A DNA stretch of 64,000 nt from Octopus vulgaris (Eukaryota). The notes beneath the pieces were generated by a model that was not told the DNA's origin, made no database searches, and saw only the letters and a program-made list of their open reading frames with translations. Where the stretch lies: contig OX597822.1 of the NCBI GenBank assembly GCA_951406725.2, positions 57,164,001-57,228,000 of the forward strand. Direction: 5' to 3'. Below are positions 1 through 14,243 of this stretch, piece by piece (the stretch's first letter is position 1; every line of letters starts with the position of its first letter). Position numbers and translations under genes: made by a program.

Positions 1-1270
1 CTAGGAACAGATACAAAAGAGGAGTCAATATTTTGTGTTTGAGCAATAGGTGAGACACCATCGATGGTAGATTGCTATCGCAGCTTCAACAGTTTATTGA
101 AAAAGTTATACTTAGCGTGTTTAGAGCGCACTCTATAATGCACAGGCAACATCTGGTTGCAAGTAACCTAAGTAGTAGACTTAACAAATCATTAAGCACT
201 GTTACCGGATCAGTAAATAAAACCAAGGTACCATGCTCACTATTCCCCACTGTTTCAACAGCTCTGTACTGAGAATGATAAAGATTTTGAACGCTTGTTG
301 TTGCACATAGAAGTTCGGTGGTTGTAAAGGAAAACTGCCTGAAATTTTCTATTTCCTTTCTAAAACAGCTGTCAAATTCTTGGAAGACACTTATTCTTTT
401 CTTTGTGATGATCCAAGAAGCATCAAGTATAACATTGCTTTGTATGGCAGATATATTCACAGAGTTCAATTATGTCAATTTGCAACTGCAAGGAGATGAG
501 GTTAAAGCTTATCAAAGTAAAATCATCGCAGTTACAGGTATTCAAATGTAACATAAGCCGTCGTTAGTTCTTCCAGTCTCCGAGCCTCTCTGAATTGCAG
601 AAGGATAAGTGCATACCAGAAGATAGCATTTAAGTATAGCTTTCACATCCGGATGAAGCGCACAGTTATGACTGATAGATATCAGGGTATTTTTTAATTA
701 AAAGACCAGCCTGGGTGATTCCTAATTATTAGTAATGAGGAAGCAAGAATAGTGGAGGAAGAACTGGTTTTACTTTAAAGCAATATTGGCCAAGGTTCAA
801 AAATTCACGTTTAGATTTTCGATTGCAAAATGTCATTCCTCACTGCCACCCTGCACTTTGGAACAAAGTCAAGATGTACTTTATTGCATTTCCAGCATAT
901 TTTGTAACGATGAGGCTTCATGCAGTTGCCAAGATTCTTTCTAAGCAAAGAAACAGACTGAAAATTACTGAACTCGATGATCTAAGTCTACTTCTTAGCA
1001 TCTCTCAGCTGAGTTTCGAGAAGTTGATATCACCCATTGCATTAGAAATATGAAAACAATATAGTTACAGGTAAGATGTAAATTTGCCCTTTCATAAAAC
1101 AGCAAAATAATGGATTAATTAGGTTAAGTTTTATTTGTGAACTACGGTTATTTTGAATTTGTAGTAGAAGGAGATCTATACTTGTGATAGTGTGTGGTGG
1201 GGTTGGGTGCGCTAGAAATGTGGTCTGGGTGCCAAGGAAGCGGCTTCCTGAGTAAGTTTGGGGACCACTG
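1..1270 (+). mobile_element. hAT (Buster/Charlie-type) transposon remnant, 3' half with right TIR
   Basis: Broken ORFs 318-551 (LCMADIFTEFNYVNLQLQGD) and 823-1053 (FIAFP..SKQRNRLKITELDDLSLLLS) resemble the Buster/ZBED5/FAM200 transposase C-terminus. TIR at 1256-1270 (revcomp CAGTGGTCCCCAAAC) is followed by TTATAATT, which fits the nnnTAnnn Buster target. Confidence 0.8.
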
Positions 1271-1319
1271 TTATAATTAAAGGCGTATAAATATTGGATT
1301 ATTATTTATAGTTTTAAGA

Positions 1320-1715
1320 AGGCGGTGAGCTGGCAGAATCGTTAGCACGCCGGGCGAAATGCGTAGCCGTATTTCGTCTGCCGTTACATTCTGAATTCAA
1401 ATTCCGCCGAGGTCGACTTTGCCTTTCATCCTTTCGGGGTCGATAAATTAAGTACCAGTTACGCACTGGGGTCGATGTAATCGACTTAATCCGTGTGTCT
1501 GTCCCTGTTCGTCCCCTCTGTGTTTAGCCCCTTGTGGGTAGTAAAGAAATAGGTATTTCGTCTGTCGCTACATTCTGAGTTCAAATTCCGCCGTGGTTGA
1601 CTTTGCCTTGCATCATTTCGAGCTCGATGAAATAAGTGTCAGTTATGCACTGGGGTCGATCTAATCGACTAATACACAAAACTTTTCAAGGGATTTGTGC
1701 ATAGAGAAGAAATCA
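1320..1715 (+). mobile_element. tRNA-derived SINE family A, dimeric copy
   Basis: Head GGCGGTGAGCTGGCAGAATCG (A box) and TTCAAATTCC (B-box-like), core GCCTTTCATCCTTTCGGGGTCGATAAATTAAGTACC. A second headless unit starts at ~1552. More than 10 copies in the window. Confidence 0.85.
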
Positions 1716-1989
1716 TTATTTTACTTTATCTCCTTCAGCTGTTACCGTTATAAAAAGAAAAGGACGCATTATTTGATGTCTCCCGAAGTTCCTAGATTTT
1801 TATAACGTAAATAACAAATTCTCTCTGCCAAAAATAAAGCTTCTAAAGTGGATGGAGAAATTTAAAAGATTCCTTTGGTACAATGGTATAACGTCTGTCA
1901 TATTTACAGAAGTGAGTTCGTGTCCATGGGCTGCCTTCGAGTTTTTCTATCCAAGTTGTTTTAACACAATTTCTATACGCTATTATTTA

Positions 1990-2290
1990 TACCTTTATGT
2001 TCTTCCAGGGGCGTTCTCCCGCTTTTGAAGCTTGCCGAAGCATGCCCAATGTCTGTGAAGCAGGCTTTCCAAATTTAACGCAAAATTTCACATTGGCTCT
2101 TCGTTTCTATCCATGACAAAATCGTAGACTACAGCATACACGTGATCACAAAATCACAAATTTCCCAACTCGGCACTCGGCACACTGTCTCATAAAGGTC
2201 ACTGCTAGCCTTACTGCGCACGCAACTGTGTGATATCATCTGTTGGTTCGCTACCGAACTAGTCCGGGAACGTTTTGATACTACCTCGTA
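1990..2290 (-). mobile_element. mariner 5' end remnant
   Basis: Minus-strand terminus TACGAGGTAGTATCAAAACGTTCCCGGAC and decayed N-terminal peptide MDRNEE..NVKFCVKFGKPASQTLGMLRQA. Confidence 0.7.
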
Positions 2291-2923
2291 AATTTATTTG
2301 AAAACAGCTTAAGAGAGACGCTCCCATTACCCACGGTGATAGTAAATTCAAAACTAAGGCTCAAATCATTTTTTAAAATATTCGGATATTCAAATCCTTT
2401 CAAAACGATCGGATATTCGCAGTGTAGTGGAACATGGTGAATTTGCCATATCTGTCAAAGTCACTGTAGAATAAATAGCATGATGTGTTTTGTGAACTCG
2501 TGAAGAAAGTTCATTTTGAGGTTTTTCAACGTAATGAGGCTGGCCTTTCCCAGAGAAAATGCCAAAGAGGACCTACATCACAACTCTGGATACAAGCCGA
2601 TGAAAGATAGCATAATTTTACTTTTCTGCGCCAATGCTACCCTTCGTAAATCATTTGAAATAGTTAATTTCAAATATGCATTTTGCGATTTTGGAAAGAA
2701 TTCTTACTAAATACATATATTTCCTAAATACCTGTGTGTGTTCAGGAACGAATTACCAAAAGCTGAACCATTTGTCTATGTTTATGTGTGTGCGTATGTC
2801 GATATTTATGTAGGTCTACATATGTTTGTGTGGATAGATAGATAGAGATAGGAGAGGGGGGAGAGGCAGGCAGACAGGTAAACAGACAGACAGACAAAAA
2901 CAGGCAGAAAGACAAATACTGAC

Positions 2924-3028
<105 letters not shown>

Positions 3029-3410
3029 TAAGTACATTACAGTTGCACAATTATTTCAATGCAGAAGCATTTTCTCAGAGGCATACGAATTAAAATATGC
3101 ATCAATTTACACGTCACAGATAATAAAAAATTAAAAAATCCAACGTTTAACATGTAAAATGCATTCAAATACATAAGATTACCGGTGGTAGAAATTGTCT
3201 CATTTTAGCTTAAATCGAATGAGTAGCAGATGGGAGAAATATTGAAAAACGAGAGAGAGACACAGAAAAAAAATCTTAGCATACAAGAATCATATGTAAT
3301 TTAGGCTTGCAAATTTAATGAAAACTATGCATTCGAAATAAGGATGGGATGGGTAAAAACGATAAATCAGAAAAGGAGAAATATGAAAAGTAAACATGCA
3401 TAACAGGTAG

Positions 3411-3492
<82 letters not shown>

Positions 3493-3619
3493 AATGAACA
3501 TACATGCTTACATACATATGTACATATATATATATTTACATATATCTATATATACATATATATATATATATACATATACGTACATACATACATACATATG
3601 TACAAATATATATATTTAC

Positions 3620-3675
<56 letters not shown>

Positions 3676-4088
3676 CGTAGTTATATGTTTGTGTGTATGT
3701 ATGTATATATATATATATCTATATGGATTTATCGTAAAAACGATAAATCAAAGAAGGAAAGATATTAAGAATAAACCTACATAGCAAGCAGAACTATATG
3801 TCGATCTATCAATCTATCTTTCTATATCGCCCTCTCTCTCTCTCTATATATATATATAATATAAATAAAATATAAATATATGCATATAGACATACATATA
3901 TGTACATACCTACATATATATGTATATACACATGCACATATGGGTACAAGACATAAAACAACGTAGACAAAATGAGAAACGAGAACAGATAACACAAAAA
4001 CATAGAAAACGAACTGTTTTCGAACAACGAAAGAAACAGAGAAACGAGACAGGCAACATAAAGAACACTCTTTTCATCAGTTGACTCC

Positions 4089-4092
<4 letters not shown>

Positions 4093-4176
<84 letters not shown>

Positions 4177-4177
4177 C

Positions 4178-4224
<47 letters not shown>
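4093..4224. repeat. (GT)n microsatellite
   Basis: Direct observation. Confidence 0.97.
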
Positions 4225-4227
<3 letters not shown>

Positions 4228-4603
4228 AATAAAGTGAGACAACAAAGCTAAGGCAGTGTGAATTATCTATATCATTTATAAAGAGAAATGTAGTGAAAAC
4301 TACCAGCTGTAAGGCTACCTTTCTCTTTATAAATGTCCTAGCTTATAAATGTCTCTTTATAAATGCCTTGGCTTTGTTGGCTCATTTTATTTAACGTATA
4401 CATGCTCACACACGACCTGCATTAGACTCATTACTCATGCTGTTATTGAACCAAGAGTCTAACTACGGTCCTTCCGTAACACTTACATTGCATTACCTGC
4501 CATTTGGGGTCTTCTGCATACCAGAACCTCTCATATATATATATATATATATATATACAACGTAGTTATTAAGTATATATATATTCGTATATGTATACAT
4601 TCG

Positions 4604-4638
<35 letters not shown>

Positions 4639-4774
4639 TAATAATAAATTTTTGTGTATATCAATAAAGATGTATACATGTGTGTGTATGAGTGAACACA
4701 AGGAAATCTATATCAGTAGGCACAAATATACAATGATGAAACAAAACCTTAAACTAGAAACCTTTAAACATATT

Positions 4775-4993
4775 CTTTTCTACTCTAGGCACAAGGCCCG
4801 AAATTTTGGGGGAAGGGGCCAGTCGATTTGATCATCGACTCCAGTACGCAACTGGTACTTAATTTATCGACCCCGAAAGGATGAAAGGTAAAGTCGACTT
4901 CGGTGGAATTTGAACTCAGAACGTAAAGACAGACAAAAAATACCATTACGCATTTTGCCCGGCGTGCTAACGTTTCTGCCAGTTCACCGCCTT
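4775..4993 (-). mobile_element. SINE family A, followed by + strand fragments to ~5420
   Basis: Reverse complement of the family A head and core. Further partial copies at 5050-5420. Confidence 0.8.
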
Positions 4994-5444
4994 CAGACCT
5001 TTAAACATAACACTTGATGAAATAATAACCAGTTGTACACTGTAATAGACCAGATCCTCCTCCAAAATTTTAGGCCCAGTGCCTTTAGTGCAAAGAATTA
5101 TTGGCATTTCTTCGGACTTTGCATTCCTAGTTCAAATTCCACCAACTTCGACTTTGCCTTTCATCATTTTGGGGTCGATAAACCAAGTACGAATTAATCA
5201 TTGGGGTCCATCTAATTGACTAAGACCCTCGCCCAAAGTTTCAGATTCCATGCCATTCGAAGAAATAAATATTATTTGTATTTATTCCAACCTTATTTTT
5301 TTAGTTGAAATTCCACCGAGGTCGACTTTGCACTTCATCCTTTCGGGGTCAATAAATTAAGCACTAGTGGAATGCTGAGTTCGATTTAATTGACTAGTCC
5401 TCTCTCACGAAATTTCAAGCCTTGACCCTTGAATTATTATTATT

Positions 5445-6735
5445 ATTGGTGTTGTTGATGTTGTGGTTCTTTTTTAACTCAGGTTTTGTTAGACCTAAAG
5501 GAGTTTTATATGCGTAGCGGGCTTGCTGCATGCAGCCTACGGTACCATGGTATATTTTCTTTTCAACTAATACTTTTTCGATTATTCTGGCAGCGACAAA
5601 GAGGCAAACCTTTTGCAACAGTTCTACTGGCACTCTGTTCCGATTTTTTATATTCCATTTGATGCCTTCTGATTCTGTCCTCAAGTACCCAACAATAATT
5701 GGCACTATCTTCACCTTCTTCATTTTCCATAGCCAGGTTATTTCGTACTTAAGAGGGTTGTATTTATCTATCGTTTCGCTTTCTTTCTTGACTATCCGTG
5801 CGTCAAACAGGCACGCAATATCAACTGTATAGCACATGTTGCGCACTTTGTTCACCACCACAAGGTCTGGTTAGTTATACTCTAGCACTTGATCAGTTTG
5901 GATTGGGAAATCCCACAGGAATTTGCAGATCTCCAACTCCGCCACTCTTTGCGGTTTGTGCTCATACCACCTCTTGCCTCTTTCTAGACACCACTTTTTG
6001 CACAGTTTCTAATGTAGCACTTTCGCTATGTCATCGTGTCGCCACAACTTGTAATGGTTATTGGTTATGTCTAGTGCATTCGTTCGGGATATGAGAAATG
6101 GTTTCGTCCACCCTTCTATACATGCGACACAGTGGAAACACTTGCTCATTCCAAAGGTTAACCCTCCAATTTGTGGCCAAAGCTTGGTCTTCCACTGTCA
6201 GTATAGTGCTCTCTTTCTTCAGTCAATACCACGTACGGTTTACAGAAACTTCAGTTGTGGCTACATGGAATTGTTTATATAGTCCCTTGTTGTGTAATGC
6301 ATCTTCATATCATTTTGGATATTCCTTGCTTTGTTTTCCCTTTTTTCTCTGCTTTCACTGCTTTCAATACTTCCTCATTTCTAACAGACACTATCAAGGT
6401 TTCCTTACATTGGGATAATTATCTCAATAAACTCCAGAGTTCGATATGTACACGGCCTTCCACACCTATCAGTTCCTTTCCTCCATTTGCTCTCTTCATA
6501 TATAGGTGATCAGTATCTGCACGTGGATGATAAGTTCCATGATCGTACGAAGCTTTCTTGTCTCCCTATCCAATTTTTCTAGCTCTTCGTCTGTCCACTT
6601 CGGAACTACTGCTACTGTGCGCAAGTTTATTGCCGAAACAAAATAATGTTTCTGGCATTCAGTTTTAAAACCAATCGTTTTTTTCTCACTCGCCGCAATT
6701 ACTCTTTCTTTGTCTTGTCTTTCATATCGTTATGC
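5445..6735 (-). mobile_element. R4/Dong-like RLE non-LTR retrotransposon, 5'-truncated and decayed
   Basis: ORF 5415-5861 has the RLE motif (..RPDLVVV..CYTVDIAC..KYNPLKYEI..VPIIVG). (TAA)n tracts on both sides. Confidence 0.85.
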
Positions 6736-6752
6736 TTAATTCCAGCTGCCTC

Positions 6753-6854
<102 letters not shown>

Positions 6855-6869
6855 TGTTATTATTATTGA

Positions 6870-7080
6870 AGGCAGCGAGTTGGCAGAATCGTTAGCAAGC
6901 CCAGCAAAATGTTTAGCGGCATTTTGTTTGTCCTTATGTTCTGAGATCAAATTCCGCCGAGATCGACTTCGCTTTTCCTCCACTCGGAGTCGATAAAATA
7001 AGTACTAGTTGTGCACTGGGGTCGATGTAATCGGTTCACCCTCCCCCGATATGGCTGGCCATGTGCCAAAATTTGAAATT
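6870..7080 (+). mobile_element. SINE family A
   Basis: GGCAGCGAGTTGGCAGAATCG head plus core, directly after (TTA)n. Confidence 0.8.
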
Positions 7081-7248
7081 ATTATTATTATTCTGCGACC
7101 GATTATGATTGAGCTAGGAAGATAAGAAAAATGAAGAAAACTTCTTATGGATTTGAACTCATAACAATAACAAATCAATCTAGACAGATAGGTTTTAAAT
7201 TCTGCTGGACAGAGAAAGCAAGTCGATTACATATGCTATATAGCTGAT

Positions 7249-7533
<285 letters not shown>

Positions 7534-7554
7534 CTAATAATAATAAAGATAATA

Positions 7555-8045
7555 ATATGTACATTGTTTTGTCTTGGTATAAAAGATGGGCTACAGCAAA
7601 TATTCTGCTCAATACCACAGATTTGCTTGTCAGTTGTTTCACCTTAACCAGTTGAGCGTGTCCCTTAGTGGCTGACGATATGTGCATCTCTGATCACAAG
7701 CAGAAGTACTGGGGGAGCATCATAGCCATGTGTTGAGAGGGATTCTTTGCGGTTTGAATAATTCACCTCTGGAAACATAGGTGTTTCATTCAACATCCTT
7801 AAACAACCCTTAATCAGGGACCTTTTGAGTGGGATGTGTTACCCGACCTGAAGAAAATTCTAACTGGGCCCCACCCGCAAGGTCATGCGCTGTTTATCTT
7901 GTTATGAGATCACCATGTCGCGCATACATGGTTGTGATGCATGTGCCTGGTGTACCCTTATCAGACGGGTAGTCGTGATGGGTATACTGGGCTTTGTATA
8001 TTTTACCCCAGTGTCACTTTGATGGCATGCACTGCTCTCTCACAC

Positions 8046-8047
<2 letters not shown>
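7555..8047 (+). mobile_element. ~550-bp non-coding TAA-associated repeat, 5'-truncated copy
   Basis: Homologous to 23929-24755, 30377-30919 and 38031-38580. Ends GCATGCACTGCTCTCTCACAC-(AAT)n. Confidence 0.85.
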
Positions 8048-8115
<68 letters not shown>

Positions 8116-8959
8116 TACTGGGTTCAATCCAATTGCATCCTGGCGAAAAAATTTTCTTTTGTCTAATTAAAAGAATGTCTTCTAAAAATAGCTATGAAAC
8201 GTTTCTCAAATTACACCCTACCATCAAAACGTGGACAATGCAATATGGAGGGATGGTCGTGATTGGAACACTTTGACTATAGGTCTTATTGATCAGAGTG
8301 TTAACATAGGATTATCCAGCAACATCAACTACTACACTCTGCTACCGAAACTTGTTCACATCGAAAGAGACAGAAACAAAATGGTGCAACAAATGTTTTT
8401 CTGTGTACAATTCCTGATAGCAAAAGATGTTCTATGATTATGATATATAGAGAGAGATAAAATTACGACACATTTTACTCTAAAAGCGTCAAATTAAACA
8501 CCTAAATTCCCACGTCTAAAATCACTACTTCACTTTTTTCTGTATCATGAAAAACACCCAAAAATCCATTAGGGCTTCATTATTGACTTTTCGTTTTTTA
8601 CAGTTAGGGAAATAATTGTGTTGAGTTTCATAAATGTGTGTGTGTGTGTTTGTCTGCCTACTTGTACGTTCATGTGCATGCATTTCCGAAGAAACATGTT
8701 TGTGAATCTATATTTATTCTTGGGTCTGTGTTCGTGCACATGATTGTATGTATTTCTATTTGTGAATATGTTCGCGTGTTTTCAACCATCTCAGTACTCT
8801 TATGTACGTCTCAGTTTTATGTGGCACACTGAGGTGTTTGTATATACATTTGTATGATAGATAAGATATCCATACAAGTATATGTCTCCTGATATAGATT
8901 CATAAGACACTGCATTAATATAATAGTAATATTATGCACCACACACACACACAGATAGC

Positions 8960-9049
<90 letters not shown>

Positions 9050-9093
9050 TAGATATAATTATCCGAAATATATATTATATATCCATCACGGTT

Positions 9094-9173
9094 GATCTTA
9101 TCGGTTTCGCGCAAGCAGTAAAATGGACTGTTAGGTAATAATCCGATTATATAACCTGACGTTCATTAGAGTA
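9094..9173 (-). ncRNA. Degenerate type-I hammerhead-like motif
   Basis: Minus strand: CUAAUGA (G5>A)-branched helix II ..CGC-GAAA-CCGA-UA-AGAU; near-palindromic helix III. Confidence 0.4.
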
Positions 9174-9439
9174 AGCCGATATGGATAGAAATATGGCAAG
9201 AGCTCTATCGTCGGAGGTGGATTAATACAACACATACTCCAGACATCAAAGAAATATGCCTCCCACCACACCCCGATGAATTCCCTCAGCATACAAACAC
9301 ACGAACATCACATATACCCAAAATATAATATTAAGTTATTTTTTAATTATTTGTTATTTCAATCATTTAAAAACTCAATTATGTATACCTTGCAGTTAAT
9401 CTTGACTTTTTTTCTTTCCCAAAAATATTGGTATACAGA

Positions 9440-10498
9440 ATGCCTACCTACAGACCTAATGAAAAGGATAACAACCAAACTATGTTGAGTGATTTTCTCG
9501 TATGCATACAAACTGGGTCACTCTGCCGCTGAAGCTCTACGAAATATCAAGTGGGCCTTTGGTAATGGTTTTGTTGACATCAGAACTGTTCAGAGAAAAT
9601 CCCAAAGCTCTCGTTCCGGAAAAGAAACCAAGAGGTAGGCCAAAATCAGTTTTATCCACATGATGGATTAAATGCTTTGGTTGAACAAAATCCGAGAACA
9701 AAGGTTCGAAAACTTTCATCAGAACTCCAAACATCTCGCACAACTGTTTTTGGACACTCGAAAAAAATGGAAAAGTCAAGAAAACAGATAGGTTTGTTCC
9801 ACATCAAATGAACGAGATTAAAAAACAGACAGCTCGAAGTGTGGTCCTCATTGCTTTTCTCGACTGGAAAAAAATAACCATTTTTGCATCAAATCGTTAC
9901 TTCTAATGAGAAATGGATACTCATTGACAACAGCAAGAGAACAGGACAGTGATTAGATGCTGGAGAGTCGCCTAAACACTACCCAAACCCATGATTGCAC
10001 CCCAAAAAGTCACTGTATAGTGGTCACTGTGCATTGGTCTGTGAAGGGAGTTATTCATTATTCATTTTTACAACAAGGAAAAACAGTAACAGTAACATTG
10101 TACTGCCAGAAAAATAGAGATGGCCCAGTTTTGCTCCCCGACAATGCACGTCCTCACACTGTCCAAAAGTTGCAAAGCCGGAATTATGAGATTTTGCAAC
10201 CTTCTCCATATTCCCCTGATATCTCTCCTACTGATCATCACTTATTTAAATATTTTGAGCTTTTCATAAGTAATAAAACATTCTTAAATAGAGAAGAGGT
10301 AATTGAAGCATTCGGACAGATTTGACACAGCAAAAGATGAATTTTTTTGAAAGATGGAGTATGTGACATAGAGAACCGTTGGGTAAACGTCATAAATGAA
10401 CATGGATCGTGCTTTGATTGAATAATTCACTTCTCTAACACTTCTGAAACATTTTATTGTTACTTTTAAAATACATTTCATGTGAAACAACCTAATAT
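9440..10498 (+). mobile_element. mariner (DD34D) transposon, decayed
   Basis: TSNEKWILIDN, DNARPH and PYSPDISPTDHHLF motifs. Right TIR-like ..GAAACAACCTAATA at ~10485-10498. Confidence 0.9.
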
Positions 10499-10805
10499 GA
10501 TATAATGCAAGCAAATTCACTGTCCATAACGGTTTTTTTTCCTAAAAGCGGTTTCTTCCGAGGGGAGATAATCATTCAAAAGCTGTCATCCCAGGGTAGT
10601 GACCCTTGATTTATTGTTTTCTTTACAAAGATTTTAGTAAACTTCCGAGACATTTGGAGACGAACACCATTCCTCCTTGTGATCGACTTGAAAAATTGTT
10701 AGGATTTTAAGATATATTTCGTAGCATTCTTAGCCTAATACACAAATAAAGAAATTTTATCCACCAATACGTGTTGAGCTCATAGTCTCGTTCTTCGTCA
10801 TTTAC

Positions 10806-10862
<57 letters not shown>

Positions 10863-11019
10863 AATATTGTTTTTTAGGGAATAAGAATTCCGGCATAACA
10901 GAGGTTCAAATTATTCTCAATGAAGAAATATATTATAATTTAGAGATAGTAGACCCCTACATCTCACCAAATAAAAATAATTTTTATTTTTATTTTAAAT
11001 ACCTGCTGTTTTATTACTT

Positions 11020-11113
11020 GGCAACACGTGTTTCATCAGGTACATCCTCGGGTTCCTAATCCACTCCGTGTTTCCCTTGAAACCCTCTCAAGATGCCAGC
11101 CCAACCATCAGGC
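11020..11113 (-). ncRNA. Hammerhead-like motif downstream of a Penelope element
   Basis: Minus strand: GGC-CUGAUG(A9 missing)-GUUGGG..~60 nt..CCUGAU-GAAA-CACGUG-UU-GCC. Confidence 0.5.
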
Positions 11114-11328
11114 CCTTACATAACTTTATCAACGTTCAATTCAATTAATTAATTTTTTATTTTTTAAAACCCTTAATTATGTGTAAAATAGGTATGTTTA
11201 AATTAGGTATGCAGAAATTAGTTTCGCTGGACTCTACAGTACAAGCCATAATTCAGATAAAAATTTAAATAAAGATAAAACTTTACAGAAATAAAGTTAC
11301 GTGAATAAAGAAAGGAATGAAAAATTTA

Positions 11329-11422
<94 letters not shown>

Positions 11423-11839
11423 AGACAGACAGACAGACAGACAGAGACAAAATACATAATTTTAAATTCTGTTTTTCCTTATAGGAATCGAAAAGTAAAT
11501 TAAGTACAAGGTTGCAAGAGGAGGTGCTCAAGCAAAAACGGAGAAAAAGTACAAACTTAGCGGTTAAAAACTTTGTGGTACACCTGAGCACTGTATATGA
11601 TAAATTCATTATTATCATTATTATTATAAACAACATAATTGGCTGTACAACTCCAAATCATTCTCATATATTCACATCGGAGAAAAACATATTAAAATTG
11701 CCAGGTTGTTTAGCACACAAAGCCTGAAGGTATAAAGATATATACATATATCACATTTAAAAGAACGTGTGAATGTATGAGGAAAATATGAATTAATATA
11801 ACGAGGCGATTAAAAATGATATAGTTAGACTATTAAATG

Positions 11840-13117
11840 TAAAGTGAATCCGGGATAACATCAATCGCCTTTTGGTATAGGAATTGTGAAAGTAATGTAG
11901 CACATGTGAGGAATTTTTTGAGGGTCTTCGATTGTCTTTTACTTTTGATTATTTTATGTATTTCGAGTGGTTGTTTCATTCTCGGGTCTTGTTTTAGTAG
12001 TGGGATGTTCTGGTGGATAATATTGTAAAACTCTGTGTTTCTTGGGTTGTGTGATGTAATAACGGGTAGAATATTGGATTATCTTGAGTTCATTTCGTTT
12101 TTCGTAGTTCTTCAATATTTATTACTTTGGCGCGTTCTATTCCCTTGTCTATTAACGTTAATGGATATTGTCTTTTAAGTAGTACTTGTTTTAGTTCCTG
12201 GAGTCTTTTATTGCAAGTTTCAGGGCTTGAGACAATTGTACAGATTCTTCTTGCTAGAATAAAGGGAATATTATTTTCCCTGTGTTTGGGATAGCATGAG
12301 GAAACAGTAAGTATTGTTTAGAATCTGTTTCTTTGTGGTAAATATCTGTTTCAATGTTTTTATCTCTTTTTTTGATTAGTATATCTAGGAATGGTAGTTG
12401 AGCTTTACTGTATTCCACGGTAAAGTTAATATTATTTATATTGCTGATTAGATATTTGAAATCTATAAGTTGTTCAAATGTGTGCATCCATAGGATTAGG
12501 CAGTCAACTAGGTAACGTTTCCAGTTTTCTAATAGGTATTTGTGGAAGTTCAAGCCATATTTTAATTTAGATTGTTCATATATCTGGACCTCCAGGTATG
12601 CCATGACTAAATTGGCGTATGTCGGATCAACTTTTATCACCATCGCAGTCCCAGATATTTGTTCGTAAACATTCTCATCGAAGTAAAACAATTGTTTTCG
12701 AGGATAAACTTTAATCCTTCAGTGATGAAACCCTTCAATTTTGTCTGGAATTTCATGAGAGAATTTCTCAAGCCAGAAATTTATTGCCCCTAGTCCATAT
12801 TGGTGTGGGCTTCTGATATAGAAGTTTACCCGTCAAAAGATACAATAGTGGCGCCATTGTTTATGGATCTTTGGAGGTTGTTTCACAGGTCCAGGTCGTC
12901 ACTTACAAGACTTGGTATGTATTTTAAAATAGGTTTCAATGATATATCTAAAAGGTTGCCGAGTTTGTGTTTCACAGTTCAAGCCTGCTACGATTGGTAT
13001 AAATTTAAGGTCAATGAGATATTGCATGTTTATACAATTTGAAGCTGGTTCTTTACATGCGTTCTTAATAGTTTGATTCTTGTGTATTTTTGGAAACTCC
13101 CGATAAAAATAGGGCAA
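11840..13117 (-). mobile_element. Penelope-like element RT remnant
   Basis: ORF 12254-12691: EQISGTAM..PTYANLVMAYLE..WKRYLVD..LPFLDILI..TDIYHKETDSKQYL. ORF 12899-13117: PYFYREFPKIHK. Confidence 0.9.
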
Positions 13118-13899
13118 GCTTCAAGCACTAATCAGAAGCGTGACAACTGTGACATAAGCCACGTCTTTCAATTTCAACTTTTTGAAAATCAGTATAAACT
13201 GTGAAATCGATTAAAGCTTTAAATATATTACTAAAAAATATTTCAACTATTGTCAGTGCATTTTCAGCTTCTATTTTTGCTCAAATGTGTTATCCAGGAG
13301 TACGGACTGTGATCTTAAGAGACATGTGATACATGGAATCACACGTGCGATGCATTAAATCTTTCTAACTCCCATCTAAGTATTATTGTTATTATTACTA
13401 TATTTATCTTACATTATATCAGCACAACTCAATGCAATCCCCAAAACTGGTTTACCAGTCAGCATCATTAAACTGTGGTCACCATAATGGAATAGAAAAA
13501 GAAAAGCTAATTTTTTCCTGCTTGCAATAAGGGCAATGGTATTAGTTTCTTCGTGTTTTATTATTGCTTTCGAGAAGTGAGTGTCAAACAGAAGAACAAA
13601 ATAAATGAGTGGATGGCCAAGAGAAAGAAAGGTAGACAAAGAAGATTTTGTACTGCTTGCCTTCAAGCCTTGTTCAGCCCCCAGACACGCTGTCAACATA
13701 ATCTCTCTTGAAGCGCTGTTTGTTTTACCGTCATGTGCAGCAGAGATCAAATACTTGTCTATTCAAAAGACTTAAAGCTTTCCTCATATTCAGACATATT
13801 TATACGAGACATGGATATTTAATCAATTTGAAAGTTTGTTTTATTGTTGTTTCTTGTTTATTTCGTGCGATTATTCGGTACCGATGATGACACATTTTA

Positions 13900-14105
13900 A
13901 CTTTTATTTCTTACTTGTTTCAGTCATTAGATTGTAACCACCATGGAGATTTTTAGTCGAATCGACCCCGGTCCTTTTTTAAAGCCTAATACTTATTCTT
14001 TTGGTTTCTCGTATCGAACTGCTAAGTTACGGGAACGTGAGCACACCAACACCGGTTATCAAGCGTTGGTGGAGGATAAATACACACTCGAATACACGCA
14101 CATGT
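13900..14105 (-). mobile_element. SINE family C 3' fragment
   Basis: Matches the 3' half of 57868-58380. Confidence 0.7.
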
Positions 14106-14120
14106 ATATAAACATCACTC

Positions 14121-14243
14121 CAACCTGAAGACGGAGACCGGATATACCTAATGTTTATTTGCTTCCATTACTGGTTGCATATTCTGTGAGGTATATCCGC
14201 CAATATTATGAAGTATCTGCGAGCCCCCAAAAACATTTGTCGG
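14121..14243 (+). ncRNA. Degenerate hammerhead-like motif with long helix II
   Basis: CUGAAGA (14125-31), 11-bp stem CGGATATACCT/AGGTATATCCG (14139-49/14189-99), then AAAA (for GAAA)-CAUUUG-UC. Confidence 0.4.

Noticed and set aside
7671-7730. CTGACGA in the TAA-associated element as a hammerhead core
   Set aside because: It is followed by GAAG rather than GAAA in all copies, and no helix II/III geometry could be built.
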